DNA of 57,981 bases from Nitrospinota bacterium. Its GTDB lineage: Bacteria > Nitrospinota > Nitrospinia > Nitrospinales > VA-1. A program made the position numbers and the translations under genes. The stretch is taken from the NCBI GenBank assembly GCA_038108555.1, contig JAYNIA010000008.1, positions 33,715 through 91,695 of the forward strand. Reading direction: 5' to 3'. The notes under the pieces were generated by a model. It was not told the DNA's origin and did no database searches. It saw only the letters and a list, made by a program, of their open reading frames with translations. Below are positions 18,307-28,185 of this stretch, in pieces (position 1 is the stretch's first letter; each line of letters starts with the position of its first letter).

Positions 18307-18621
18307 GAAATCAATTTTCTCCAGGGGAAATCCAGTTTTTAAAGCTGGTTAGTATAATCAATTTTAAGGGAATAAGGTCTATAAATACTCTTGAAGACTT
18401 AATTCCATTTTTAGAGATAAACCACCAAGATCAAGAAGTCATAAGAAACAGCCAGAAAGCATTTAAATCCTTTATTAACAATAACTTGTCGGCGAATCTC
18501 CTTTTTGGCTTTAATCCGTGGTTTTTAATTCAAAAATAAGGTATCCTTGGATTTACGCTTGGAATTTAGTTCTTTTTCCATAAAAAACAGAAGACACAGT
18601 TATCTTAGGGAGGATAAATGT

Positions 18622-19083
18622 ATGTGGCAATATAATCGAGCAGGGTTAACTGTTTTGTTACTGGCTATTTTTATGTTTGCCCTGGTTCCTTCAACCATGG
18701 CTGCCGAAATTCCAGATCCCACAGCATGTGATGGCGATGGCGCAACCGTCCGCAAAGGTCGTCCCGGTATCGCCTCTGTTCCAGTAAGGGATGGTGTTGG
18801 ACCTACCGCAGACCTCGTTCGTGACGGTATTTATTCAACAGCAGCCAAGTCCTCAGGAAAGGTATCACCAGAAGATAAACGGCATTTATGCCTTGCATTA
18901 TCCCCCATCAAAAATCCCGAATCCCGTTACAAACATAAAGACCATAGCAATTATTACTGTACCCTAATTATGAACAGGGACAGCCAGGCTTACTGTTATG
19001 CCGTGGTCACAGGAGATTCCTCAAAGTGTAACAACATTGTGAGTAGCGAATTAGAAAAGGAATGCCTTGAAAAATCCAAATAA
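18622..19083 (+). CDS. Secreted cysteine-rich hypothetical protein
   Basis: GGGAGG RBS before ATG 18622; signal-like N-terminus; six Cys. Confidence 0.75.
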   Translation: MWQYNRAGLTVLLLAIFMFALVPSTMAAEIPDPTACDGDGATVRKGRPGIASVPVRDGVGPTADLVRDGIYSTAAKSSGKVSPEDKRHLCLALSPIKNPESRYKHKDHSNYYCTLIMNRDSQAYCYAVVTGDSSKCNNIVSSELEKECLEKSK

Positions 19084-19102
19084 TGGTTTCATTTTAAATT
19101 AG

Positions 19103-19137
19103 AAAAAGGGCAGCCCGAAAGGGTTTCCCTTTTTTTT
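19103..19137 (+). terminator. Intrinsic terminator
   Basis: AAAAAGGGCAGCCC-GAAA-GGGTTTCCCTTTTTTTT. Confidence 0.75.
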
Positions 19138-19146
19138 CTGCCTCTA

Positions 19147-20133
19147 ATGAACCCCATCGAACTAGATGTCCGAAATCTAAAAATTACCTTTTCCACACCC
19201 CAGGGAAATCTTACTGCAGTAAATGATTTAAGCTTTCAACTCTACAAAGGCGAAACACTGGCATTGGTGGGCGAGTCTGGCTGCGGAAAAACAGTTAGCG
19301 CCCTTTCCATTTTGCGGCTATTGCCCGAACCCCCCGCAAAAATTACCAATGGAGAAATAATTTACTCAGGGAAAAATCTTTTGACTATGGCCCCAAATCA
19401 GCTGAGAAAAATCAGGGGAGAAGAAATCGCTATGATTTTTCAAGATCCCATGACATCCCTCAATCCGGTATTGACCATTGGCGAACAACTTTCCGAGACC
19501 CTTCTCCAACACAAAAATCTAAACAAAAAAGAGGCACTTTTACAATCTGTTCAGTTATTAGGAAAGGTAGAACTGGCTTCTCCTGAAGAAAAATTAAAGC
19601 AGTATCCTCATCAATTTAGTGGTGGAATGCGACAGCGCGTCATGATTGCCATGGCTTTGGCCTGTGAACCCAAAATTTTAATTGCTGATGAACCCACCAC
19701 GGCACTGGACGTCCTCATTCAAGCACAGATCTTAGAGCTTCTTGAACACCTTAAAAAAGAGAGTGGCATGTCCATGCTACTCATCACTCATGACTTTGGC
19801 GTTGTCACAGAAGTTGCTGAAAGGGTTATGGTTATGTATGCGGGAGATGAAGTAGAGACAGGCCCAACTAATAGTTTATTAAGCAATCCCAATCATCCCT
19901 ATACCAAGGGGCTGATTTCGTCTCGTCCGCAACTTGGAAAAACCCGAAATAAAGATCACCGTCTAATCGAAATTCCGGGGAACGTTCCTCATTTAAACCA
20001 GAGGCCCTCCGGCTGTACATTTCATCCCCGTTGCAATTGGGTTATGGATCATTGCAAAACTCAAAAACCCCATTCGAAAAATTTGGAAAACAACCTGAAA
20101 TTCAGTTGCCACTTAGACCCGGGTTCATTATGA
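19147..20133 (+). CDS. oppD: Oligopeptide/dipeptide ABC transporter ATPase (OppD/DppD)
   Basis: [34 protein letters not shown] and a C-terminal Cys cluster. Confidence 0.92.
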   Translation: MNPIELDVRNLKITFSTPQGNLTAVNDLSFQLYKGETLALVGESGCGKTVSALSILRLLPEPPAKITNGEIIYSGKNLLTMAPNQLRKIRGEEIAMIFQDPMTSLNPVLTIGEQLSETLLQHKNLNKKEALLQSVQLLGKVELASPEEKLKQYPHQFSGGMRQRVMIAMALACEPKILIADEPTTALDVLIQAQILELLEHLKKESGMSMLLITHDFGVVTEVAERVMVMYAGDEVETGPTNSLLSNPNHPYTKGLISSRPQLGKTRNKDHRLIEIPGNVPHLNQRPSGCTFHPRCNWVMDHCKTQKPHSKNLENNLKFSCHLDPGSL

Positions 20134-21095
20134 CTTCTGAAACCTCATTCCTTAAAGTTAGGGATCTAAAAAAATATTTTTCTTCAAAGGAAACGTTTCC
20201 AGCAAAAATTCCTAATCTTGTCCGCGCCGTGGATGGTATATCATTTACCCTGCACGATGGAGAATCTCTCGGATTGGTGGGAGAAAGTGGAAGCGGGAAA
20301 TCGACTGCAGCACGCACCGTACTCATGCTTGAAACCCCCACCTCTGGATTAGTCCATTTCAAGGGACAAAATTTAGCAGACCTGCCAGAACCTCAACTTC
20401 GCAATCTCAGGAAAGAGATGCAGATGATTTTTCAAGATCCTTTCTCATCAATAAATCCGAGACGGAAAATTGGCGAGGTTTTACAAGAACCCTTCAAAAT
20501 TCACGATTACAAGGGAAACACCACAGAAACCATTTCTGAATTACTAAATCAGGTCGGGCTATCACCCAATTATGCAAACCGGTACCCCCATGAAATGAGT
20601 GGTGGCCAATTACAGCGCGTGGGAATAGCAAGGGCTATTGCACTCAACCCAAGCCTGGTGGTTGCTGACGAACCCGTATCCGCCCTCGATGTTTCCGTTC
20701 AGGCCCAGGTGATTAACCTGATGATGGATTTAAAAGAAAAATTGGAAATATCCTATTTATTCATATCCCACGATATGGGAGTCGTAGAATATTTTTGTGA
20801 CCGGGTAGCGGTAATGTATCTTGGAAAAATTGTGGAAATCGCAAGTAGCGATGAAATCTACAAACAGCCCGGACACCCCTACACAGAAGCCCTTCTCAAT
20901 TCGGCTCCGGGATTAAACATAGAAAGAAAAAAAAATTCAGCAAAAGCGCATGGCGACATTCCCGATCCATCCAATCCACCCCGAGGATGTTCTTTTCATA
21001 CACGTTGTCCGATAGCTGAAAAACAATGTAAAGAAATGGAACCGGAACTTAAAGAGGTGGGGGCAGAACATTTTGTAGCCTGCCATTTAAAATGA
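20130..21095 (+). CDS. oppF: Oligopeptide/dipeptide ABC transporter ATPase (OppF/DppF)
   Basis: RAVDGIS, GESGSGKST, YPHEMSGGQLQR and GCSFHTRCP; ATGA overlap with oppD. Confidence 0.92.
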   Translation: MTSETSFLKVRDLKKYFSSKETFPAKIPNLVRAVDGISFTLHDGESLGLVGESGSGKSTAARTVLMLETPTSGLVHFKGQNLADLPEPQLRNLRKEMQMIFQDPFSSINPRRKIGEVLQEPFKIHDYKGNTTETISELLNQVGLSPNYANRYPHEMSGGQLQRVGIARAIALNPSLVVADEPVSALDVSVQAQVINLMMDLKEKLEISYLFISHDMGVVEYFCDRVAVMYLGKIVEIASSDEIYKQPGHPYTEALLNSAPGLNIERKKNSAKAHGDIPDPSNPPRGCSFHTRCPIAEKQCKEMEPELKEVGAEHFVACHLK

Positions 21096-21099
21096 TGAA

Positions 21100-21507
21100 T
21101 TAACTTTCATCCTTCTCGGGCGAAGACGGCATGGGTGATGCATGGTGCATGACCATTTTCCAGTTTCCTTCATCCAGTTGAAACAGGTTGGTAGAAAAAA
21201 CTTTTGATGCCAGGACCCCGTGGGTAGCAATCTTATAAAGTTTCTCAACACAGGACACCCATGCTAAATCTTCCGAAGCTATTACCGAAACATCCGAAGC
21301 CTCGATATTCATATTTCCCGAGTTTTTGAAAATTCCCTCCCAACTACTCATAATAGGTTCGAATCCATTCAAGGGACTCCAACCAGGGTGAACACAGGTA
21401 ACATTTTTCCGGGAGCTCCAAACTTTCTTCATTGCATCCAAATCCCTTGCATTGAAAGCTTTATAAAAGTTTTCATTTGCTGCAATTGCCCGCTCTTCAT
21501 TTTCCAT
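21100..21507 (-). CDS. NTF2/SnoaL-like protein
   Basis: ANENFYKAF, CVHPGW and WKMVMHHAS. Confidence 0.85.
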   Translation of the reverse strand: MENEERAIAANENFYKAFNARDLDAMKKVWSSRKNVTCVHPGWSPLNGFEPIMSSWEGIFKNSGNMNIEASDVSVIASEDLAWVSCVEKLYKIATHGVLASKVFSTNLFQLDEGNWKMVMHHASPMPSSPEKDES

Positions 21508-21539
21508 TAAATAATTTCACTAAAAGAAGGATGTTATTA

Positions 21540-22121
21540 TTAACCTTTTACCAGAATATCCAAAGCCGCAAAGGTTTCCTCAGTTGCCCATTTTTTAGCG
21601 CCGTCCACGCGTGCTGCAATCCTACCCTTTTTATCTATTACATATGTAAAAGGTATGGAAAGAGTGGGATATAGCTTTTCTGCAACTCCTTCCGTATCTA
21701 AAAGTACCGGGAAGGTAAGATTATGAGTATCGACAAAGTTTTTTACTTTTGCACTATCTCCTTTATCAAGGCTTACAGCTAAAACCGTCAGTCCTTGTGA
21801 TCGATACCTCCGATAAAGCTTTTCAATGGCAGGCATTTCTTCCAGACAAGGCCCACACCAGGTTGCCCAGAAATTTAAAATTATAACCTTATCTTTATAA
21901 TCTTTGAGTCCCTCCCGATTTCCATTTAGATTTCTTAAAGTAAATGAAGGAGCAAGCCCCCCTACTTCTGTACTTGTTTGAATAGAAGGATTGATTTGTG
22001 AAACTACGGGGCTCTGCAGGCGGTAAACAAGAATCACTCCTGCAATTAAAATCAGAGCATAGAGCAAACCATGTCTATTAAGATGAGTAGAGTTTTTCTC
22101 TTTTAAGACGGTCGATTTCAT
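21540..22121 (-). CDS. TlpA/ResA-family thiol-disulfide oxidoreductase (probable CcmG role)
   Basis: N-terminal TM anchor and NFWATWCGPC; last gene of the ccm cluster. Start uncertain. Confidence 0.9.
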   Translation of the reverse strand: MKSTVLKEKNSTHLNRHGLLYALILIAGVILVYRLQSPVVSQINPSIQTSTEVGGLAPSFTLRNLNGNREGLKDYKDKVIILNFWATWCGPCLEEMPAIEKLYRRYRSQGLTVLAVSLDKGDSAKVKNFVDTHNLTFPVLLDTEGVAEKLYPTLSIPFTYVIDKKGRIAARVDGAKKWATEETFAALDILVKG

Positions 22122-22791
22122 CTTTTAATTTTTCCTGACGGACCCGTTGTCCCATAAGCAAAAAATAAAGAAGTGTAAATGCACATAGTGAAATCCCCAA
22201 GGTTGCAAGCATACTGGTATCCATCCCTTTTCCAAATCCTTCCGAAGAAATTACTTTTGGTTGGGGATGGAAAGTCCGCCACCATAGAACAGAAAAATGG
22301 ATAAAGGGGATATTTAGGAAACCCACAATACCCAATACGGCAGCATAACGGGCTCGCATGGAGCCGGCATCTGTTTGTGCCCTTAACATCAGATAGGCTA
22401 CATAGATCAACCAGAGAATTAATGTGGAAGTCAAACGGGCATCCCACACCCACCAGGTACCCCAAATTGGCTTTGCCCAGATGGGACCGGTAATCAAAAC
22501 CAGAGAACAAAAAATTACGCCGATTTCAGCCGATGCATGCGCATAGATGTCCCACTCTCTTTCCTTCTTCCACAAAAAAAGAATGGAGGTTACGAATACA
22601 ATAAAGAAAGCAAAGAAAGAAAGCCATGCAGATGGAATATGGAGGTACATAATCCTTTGGATGGGGCCTTCTGTTTTCTCAGTCGGTACAAATAAAAATA
22701 TGGCGGCTATGGCTGCAAAAAATACAATGCCTGTCAACCAGATCAGGACAACACTCTCTTCTTGCGATTCTTCCACCTGTTCCTGATCCAT
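22078..22791 (-). CDS. ccmC: Heme exporter CcmC
   Basis: YLHIPSAW, GPIWAKPIWGTWWVWDARLT (WWD domain) and WWRTFHP. Confidence 0.95.
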   Translation of the reverse strand: MDQEQVEESQEESVVLIWLTGIVFFAAIAAIFLFVPTEKTEGPIQRIMYLHIPSAWLSFFAFFIVFVTSILFLWKKEREWDIYAHASAEIGVIFCSLVLITGPIWAKPIWGTWWVWDARLTSTLILWLIYVAYLMLRAQTDAGSMRARYAAVLGIVGFLNIPFIHFSVLWWRTFHPQPKVISSEGFGKGMDTSMLATLGISLCAFTLLYFLLMGQRVRQEKLKDEIDRLKREKLYSS

Positions 22792-22937
22792 TATCGAGAT
22801 TCCTTATTAATGGTTTCTTTTAATAATTCCAGATCTTTTTCAAGATTTCGACTGCGTCGCTTCAGGGTGAACACATAATAAATAATGCCTGCCCAGACAA
22901 ACGCATTCGCAGCAAAAAGGAACCCAAAGTTATCCAT
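22791..22937 (-). CDS. ccmD: Heme exporter CcmD (48 aa, below the ORF-track cutoff)
   Basis: MDNFGFLFAANAFVWAGIIYYVFTLKRRSRNLEKDLELLKETINKESR: one TM plus a charged helix; stop overlaps the ccmC start (TAATG). Confidence 0.8.
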   Translation of the reverse strand: MDNFGFLFAANAFVWAGIIYYVFTLKRRSRNLEKDLELLKETINKESR

Positions 22938-22941
22938 CCAA

Positions 22942-23622
22942 TCATTCCTCCAAAATATGGTCTATCGTCATTATGGAAACCCCAATATAAATGATATCGA
23001 AGGAAGCCGTCAATCCAATCCATTTCATCATTTCAAGAAGGTCCACCCCTTCCAGTATCTGTCCTGTCATTCGCACCACCCCAATTACTATGGGAATCAT
23101 CAGTGGATACAATAGAATCGGCAACATTATTTCGCGTGTTTTTAAATTTGACGACAGGGATGACAAGAGTGTACCCAAGGCACAAAATCCCAAAGTCCCC
23201 AAAAACACAACAATTAAAAGTGGGCCGAGATGCCCTAAAAGGTCAACATCAAAAAATATCATAAAAAGCGGGAGGATAAAAAGTTCCATGATCGACAAAA
23301 ACATAAAATTGCTGATCAACTTCCCAAAATATATGGCCGTTCGGTCTGCAGGAACCAGCATCAGCCCCATCAAGCATCCATTTTCCTTTTCCAACATGAA
23401 AGACCGGTTTAACCCTATGGTTCCCGCAAATAAAAAGGCCACCCATAGAATCCCCGGTCCAACCTCACTGGCTTTTACAATACTCAGGTTTATGGAGAAA
23501 ATAAAAATCAGAATTACCAAAAGTGCAAAGATGAACATGGCACTGAGCAATTCTCGGGTTTTTAGCTCAGTGACAAAATCCTTCCAAACTATTGCAGCAA
23601 TCTGATTGAAATATAGATTCAT
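22942..23622 (-). CDS. ccmB: Heme exporter CcmB
   Basis: KDFVTELK, PGILW, FMLEKENG and LPILLYPLMIP; multi-TM. Confidence 0.93.
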   Translation of the reverse strand: MNLYFNQIAAIVWKDFVTELKTRELLSAMFIFALLVILIFIFSINLSIVKASEVGPGILWVAFLFAGTIGLNRSFMLEKENGCLMGLMLVPADRTAIYFGKLISNFMFLSIMELFILPLFMIFFDVDLLGHLGPLLIVVFLGTLGFCALGTLLSSLSSNLKTREIMLPILLYPLMIPIVIGVVRMTGQILEGVDLLEMMKWIGLTASFDIIYIGVSIMTIDHILEE

Positions 23623-23635
23623 AATTTAGAAATTC

Positions 23636-24379
23636 TCAGGGTCCAATTCCCATTGTGAACTGGTTGTCACGGACCGCATCAAAATACATGTATTCAAACT
23701 GGTCTCGATTCACATCCGCAATGTTTTCAAAAAAAGCAAATTTCCCCTGTACCTGTAAAGCGACCTTGTCGCCCATCTCCAATCCACAGGAGATGTCATG
23801 CGTCGTCATCAAAATGGTTCTACGTCGATCATGCAATCTTTGTAAATGCTCTTTCAAAACATTCGACGCATGAAGGTCTAAACCTGTAAACGGTTCATCT
23901 AAAAATAAAATTTTAGGGTCATGGAGGATGGCCCGGGCAATCGACAAACGCTGGAGCATTCCACGAGAAAAAGTTCTAATCCGATCATGCCTTCTCTGAC
24001 TCAACCCCACTTCTTCAATGACCTTCAAGGCCTGCTCCTGAGGTTGTTCGAGTCCGTGCATTTTTGCAAAGAACATCAGGTTTTCCAGGGAGGTGAGATC
24101 TGCATACAAGGCAGTAGCGTGAGAAATAACCCCAATTTCTTTCCTCATTTCCGGTCTTGCTTCTGTTACATCATACCCAGCCACCATCGCGGTTCCGGAT
24201 GTCGGCTGTGTCAAACCAGAAAGAATCTTTATCAAAGTGGTTTTACCCGCACCATTGGGACCAAATACGGTCAGGAACTCGCCTTGCTTAAGCTCGAAAT
24301 CAATACCATTAACAGCCTTAAGAACACCAAAGGACTTTCTTAAGTGTCGAGCCTCCATTGCATTTTCATGGGATTCCAT
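23636..24379 (-). CDS. ccmA: Heme ABC exporter ATPase CcmA
   Basis: GPNGAGKT, FSRGMLQR and LDEPFTGLD; directly upstream of ccmB. Confidence 0.88.
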   Translation of the reverse strand: MESHENAMEARHLRKSFGVLKAVNGIDFELKQGEFLTVFGPNGAGKTTLIKILSGLTQPTSGTAMVAGYDVTEARPEMRKEIGVISHATALYADLTSLENLMFFAKMHGLEQPQEQALKVIEEVGLSQRRHDRIRTFSRGMLQRLSIARAILHDPKILFLDEPFTGLDLHASNVLKEHLQRLHDRRRTILMTTHDISCGLEMGDKVALQVQGKFAFFENIADVNRDQFEYMYFDAVRDNQFTMGIGP

Positions 24380-24402
24380 TTAACTCGCCTGGGAGGGGGA
24401 AA

Positions 24403-24723
24403 TCATCTTTTAGATTTGGATTTTTTCCTGCCCTGCTCTAACTGGTCCAATCTTTCGATGATCTCGTTGGCTTCTGCTTCAAGTCTTTTCCTAAGATCCT
24501 GATAGTCTGATTCTGAAATTTTCTCAGCATTCAGGTCAAACTCAAGTTCCTTAATTGAAATGAGGGTCTCTTCTTTACGTACCAGCAAATGTTTATATTC
24601 ATCATTTTCCGGATCGACGACCTCTACCAGTTTTTTAAACTGAAGCTTGCCAAATAGAGGGATGCCCACAAGAAGCAGGACGACTATCACGCAAATCAAT
24701 TCTAAGAAGTGGACAAATCCCAT
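24403..24723 (-). CDS. Short CcmI-like protein (N-terminal TM and helical domain only)
   Basis: TM followed by IKELEFDLNAEKISESDYQDLRKRL, resembling the CcmI N-terminus; no TPR region. Confidence 0.6.
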   Translation of the reverse strand: MGFVHFLELICVIVVLLLVGIPLFGKLQFKKLVEVVDPENDEYKHLLVRKEETLISIKELEFDLNAEKISESDYQDLRKRLEAEANEIIERLDQLEQGRKKSKSKR

Positions 24724-24725
24724 TC

Positions 24726-25202
24726 CTATAACTCGATCCCGTCCAGTTCATCCTGCAAACGTTTAGAATATTTTCCAGGTGTCGCAGATTTTTCTTCAGG
24801 TTTATCTGTATCTGTAGCCTCTGCATTTTTACCAACCCAGGAGTTTATAATTTTTCGAACCCCTACCCCACCTGCAATCAAAGCGAAAAAGGGCATCACC
24901 CAGGCTGTCAGGTTAAACCCAAACTTTGTGGGTGCCGACAAAACGGTTTCACCATATTCATCCACTTGAGATTTTATGATTTGCTCCACGGTAAGTCCAG
25001 ACTCCAGCATCTTGGTAAACTTCGCCCGCGTTTTATCGGAGGTGGAACAAGTACAATTGATTAGAACCTTTCCACACTTGTCATCACATTTACACATCAG
25101 CGCATTTTCCAAGTCTTGCAGAAGGGAACCGGCACTCGATACTCCAGGAATGTTGGCGACCAACCAGAGGGCAATGAATATACTGAATAATAACCTGGAC
25201 AT
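24726..25202 (-). CDS. ccmH: Cytochrome c biogenesis protein CcmH
   Basis: Signal peptide, Cys cluster, EYGETVLSAP...GFNLTAWVMP and a TM; follows ccmF. Confidence 0.8.
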   Translation of the reverse strand: MSRLLFSIFIALWLVANIPGVSSAGSLLQDLENALMCKCDDKCGKVLINCTCSTSDKTRAKFTKMLESGLTVEQIIKSQVDEYGETVLSAPTKFGFNLTAWVMPFFALIAGGVGVRKIINSWVGKNAEATDTDKPEEKSATPGKYSKRLQDELDGIEL

Positions 25203-25205
25203 CTT

Positions 25206-27221
25206 TTACTCCTGGGCCGGGGAAGGAAATAACATCTCTTCCCTGCGAAAACGTTCCAATCGCCGCCTTTGTTCCAGTCGGTCAGGCCACATGGAAATCA
25301 TCGTACCAAATGCAATGATCCAGCCTCCTGTCCACATCCAACTCACCATGGGATTGACATAAACCTTGATAGTTGCAGACTCGTCTTCTCTAAAATCAGC
25401 AAGTATCATGTATAGATCTTCCTTAATTGTGGAAAGTACATCCACTTCGGATACGGGTTGATTCTGTCCTTTATAAAATTCCTTTTCCGGGCGTGCGGTC
25501 CAGTAATGGCTCCCATTTCTACTAACTTGAAGTTGGGCGATAACCCGGGTCTTAACGCTGGTCGCTTCTACTGCAACAAGCTTTTCATACTTAATATCGT
25601 ATCCCCTGATTTTAAAAGATTCTCCAGGGTTGAGATGTTTCTCAACATGCGTTCCATAGGCCTGTGACCCTGCGATTCCCGCAAAAATAAGGACAACACC
25701 TATATGAACAATATAACCCCCGTAGCGTCTTTTGTTTCGCCAGGTAACGGTTGCCAATGCACCCAGCATCGATTCTTCATGCAGCCCCATCCTCGAAGAG
25801 GTTCCTTTGTAAAATTCAATGATGATACAAGCCATCACAAAAACGCAGAGAACAAATGTCGCATAGGTATAATTTTCAGTCCGACTTCCTAAAGGAATCA
25901 CAGGAAATAATGCAACGGCTGCGACAAAGGCGGCTGCCAATGGCTTCAGGAAATTTTTCTTCAAATTAGACAGGGTAGCTCGACGCCAAGCGATAACCGG
26001 TCCAATACCAATAAGCGCCAAAAGTGCGAGGCCAATAGGAACGTTGACCTGGTTGTAGAATGGTGGACCTACTGTAATTTTAATTCCCCGAACCGCTTCT
26101 GAAATGATCGGGAAAATGGTTCCCCAAAAGGTTGCAAACGCAATTCCCAGCAATACCAGATTGTTAAAAAGAAAACTGCTTTCGCGTGATAAGAACGAGT
26201 CGAGCTGATTCTTACTTTTTAATAGAGGAAGGCGATTAACGATCAATACAATACAGGCAAAAAGAATGACGAACAAAAATGCCAGAAAATAATAACCTAA
26301 AGTAGCTTCATCAAAAGTGTGAACGGATTGTATAAGACCGCTTCGGGTGATAAAGGTTCCAAAAATAGTCATCACAAAAGTAAGGAGGATTAAAGACATA
26401 TTCCAAACTTTCATCATGTCCTTTTTTTCCTGAATCATGATGGAATGAAGGAATGCCGTTGCGATCAATAGAGGCATAAAAGCGGCATTTTCCACGGGAT
26501 CCCAGGCCCAATATCCCCCCCACCCTAATTCAACATAGGCCCACGAAGCGCCAAACAGGTTTCCCATGCAAAGGAAAAACCAGGAGATCAAGGTCCACTT
26601 TCTTGTCAGCCGAATCCATCCATCATCCAGGTTTTTACTGATCAGCGCAGCAACTGCAAAAGCAAATGGAACAGTAAACCCCACATAACCGAGATATAAA
26701 GTTGGTGGATGAATCACCATCCAGTAATTTTGCAGAAGAGGATTCAAACCACGGCCATCTTCAGGAGGCAGCGGAATACGTTCGAATGGGTTTGTCGAAA
26801 AGTTAATCAGGAAAAGAAAAAAGGTAATGATGACCAGCAAGACGGCCATCGCATAAGGAACGACACGCAGATTTGTTTTCCGGTTTTGGAAATGGACAAC
26901 TACCGTATAAGTAGTGAGAAGCAAAGTCCAAAATAAAAGGGAACCTTTTTGCCCGCCCCAGAAAGAAGCAATTTTATAAAAGGTGTCTAACTCAATATTG
27001 GAATAAGCCCAAACATACTGAAGACTAAAATCATTGGTGAGGAAAGCCTTCCACAGACATATGGAGGAAATCATCACACAACCCCACACGATCAGGGGCG
27101 TCTTATCCGCGCTTAAATAAAGGTCTATCCGGTTTCCCCGAACAGCCATAACATATGCTACACAGCCATAAATAGCGGTTGCCAATGCAACTAGTAATGT
27201 AAATTCACCAATATCATTCAT
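25206..27221 (-). CDS. ccmF: Heme lyase CcmF
   Basis: WGGQKGSLLFW, GRGLNPLLQ, IHPP, WGGYWAWDPVEN and SVHTF. Confidence 0.97.
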   Translation of the reverse strand: MNDIGEFTLLVALATAIYGCVAYVMAVRGNRIDLYLSADKTPLIVWGCVMISSICLWKAFLTNDFSLQYVWAYSNIELDTFYKIASFWGGQKGSLLFWTLLLTTYTVVVHFQNRKTNLRVVPYAMAVLLVIITFFLFLINFSTNPFERIPLPPEDGRGLNPLLQNYWMVIHPPTLYLGYVGFTVPFAFAVAALISKNLDDGWIRLTRKWTLISWFFLCMGNLFGASWAYVELGWGGYWAWDPVENAAFMPLLIATAFLHSIMIQEKKDMMKVWNMSLILLTFVMTIFGTFITRSGLIQSVHTFDEATLGYYFLAFLFVILFACIVLIVNRLPLLKSKNQLDSFLSRESSFLFNNLVLLGIAFATFWGTIFPIISEAVRGIKITVGPPFYNQVNVPIGLALLALIGIGPVIAWRRATLSNLKKNFLKPLAAAFVAAVALFPVIPLGSRTENYTYATFVLCVFVMACIIIEFYKGTSSRMGLHEESMLGALATVTWRNKRRYGGYIVHIGVVLIFAGIAGSQAYGTHVEKHLNPGESFKIRGYDIKYEKLVAVEATSVKTRVIAQLQVSRNGSHYWTARPEKEFYKGQNQPVSEVDVLSTIKEDLYMILADFREDESATIKVYVNPMVSWMWTGGWIIAFGTMISMWPDRLEQRRRLERFRREEMLFPSPAQE

Positions 27222-27289
27222 GAGAAAAAAACAAAAGCCGAGTCGCCTTTAAACAGAGGGACTAGCTAATCTGGAAATTTCAGGGAAGG

Positions 27290-27778
27290 TTAAATGGTTG
27301 TCTTTGGCAAGGCATCTGTTTTCTTAAGTCCGGGCTCCTTGTATTTATCGGTGCCCAAAGTTCCAGGATGCATTTTGCCTGCTTCTTTTTCCGCTTCGTA
27401 TTTTGAAGGGCAACTGGTCAACAAAGTGTTGGCATGAAAGACACCGTCTTTCCCCAATGTCCCTTCCACAACCACTTCCCGGCCATCCGCAAACATATCT
27501 GGAGTTACCCCTTGATAGGCTACTTTTAATGAGGATTCTTTTTCCTCAATTGAAAAACTCACGTTTAGATAATCATTAGGGTCCCTTTGAATAGAACCAC
27601 TTACTACATTACCTTTAACCTTCAAGCCCGATCCTTCATAGGATACTTTTTGGCTGAGTAATTCATCCACCGTGAAAAAATAGGTTGAAGTATTGCTGAT
27701 TCCCATCGTGATCAGATATCCAATTGCACCCACGATCAGCAAGCTACCCACTAAAAATCTGACTTGTTTCTGCTTCAT
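27290..27778 (-). CDS. ccmE: Heme chaperone CcmE (CxxxY variant)
   Basis: N-terminal TM, PDMFADGREVVVEG and LLTSCPSKY. Confidence 0.93.
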   Translation of the reverse strand: MKQKQVRFLVGSLLIVGAIGYLITMGISNTSTYFFTVDELLSQKVSYEGSGLKVKGNVVSGSIQRDPNDYLNVSFSIEEKESSLKVAYQGVTPDMFADGREVVVEGTLGKDGVFHANTLLTSCPSKYEAEKEAGKMHPGTLGTDKYKEPGLKKTDALPKTTI

Positions 27779-27834
27779 AATTGGTTGTAATCCTTTGGAA
27801 AAAGGTAATATCTAAAATATTTAAGGCTTTTTTC

Positions 27835-27864
27835 ATAGTAGCATCAGAAATTTGGGCTTGTCAA
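27835..27864 (-). promoter_or_regulatory. Putative sigma70 promoter of the ccm operon
   Basis: Minus strand TTGACA-N18-TACTAT with a TG extension. Confidence 0.55.
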
Positions 27865-28156
27865 AGCAAATCCATTGAAATGGAAAGCTGTATTCACAGT
27901 TTCTTCTTCAAAATTCCAAGGGAACGCATATATATAATGAAACAACTCCAATTCCCCCTCCTATTCCCATAACCACCCCCTGGGGTTTTGCGAGAAATAG
28001 ACCGTTTTTTTCAGGTAAAAGTGTCATATTTGAAACTCCCAAAATCTTCCTGAGTTTGCGGCAACCTCCAATCCCTAATCTTTGAAACCCCTGTTTTAAT
28101 AAAAGTTTACACGGTTTTTCCTGCTGTTGAAATCCACATTTTTGCCCGATTTTAGG

Positions 28157-28184
28157 TTGACAGTTTGTCGGGTTATGATAGGAT
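28157..28184 (+). promoter_or_regulatory. Putative sigma70 promoter of the dcw operon
   Basis: TTGACA-N16-TAGGAT with a TG extension. Confidence 0.55.
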
Positions 28185-28185
28185 T

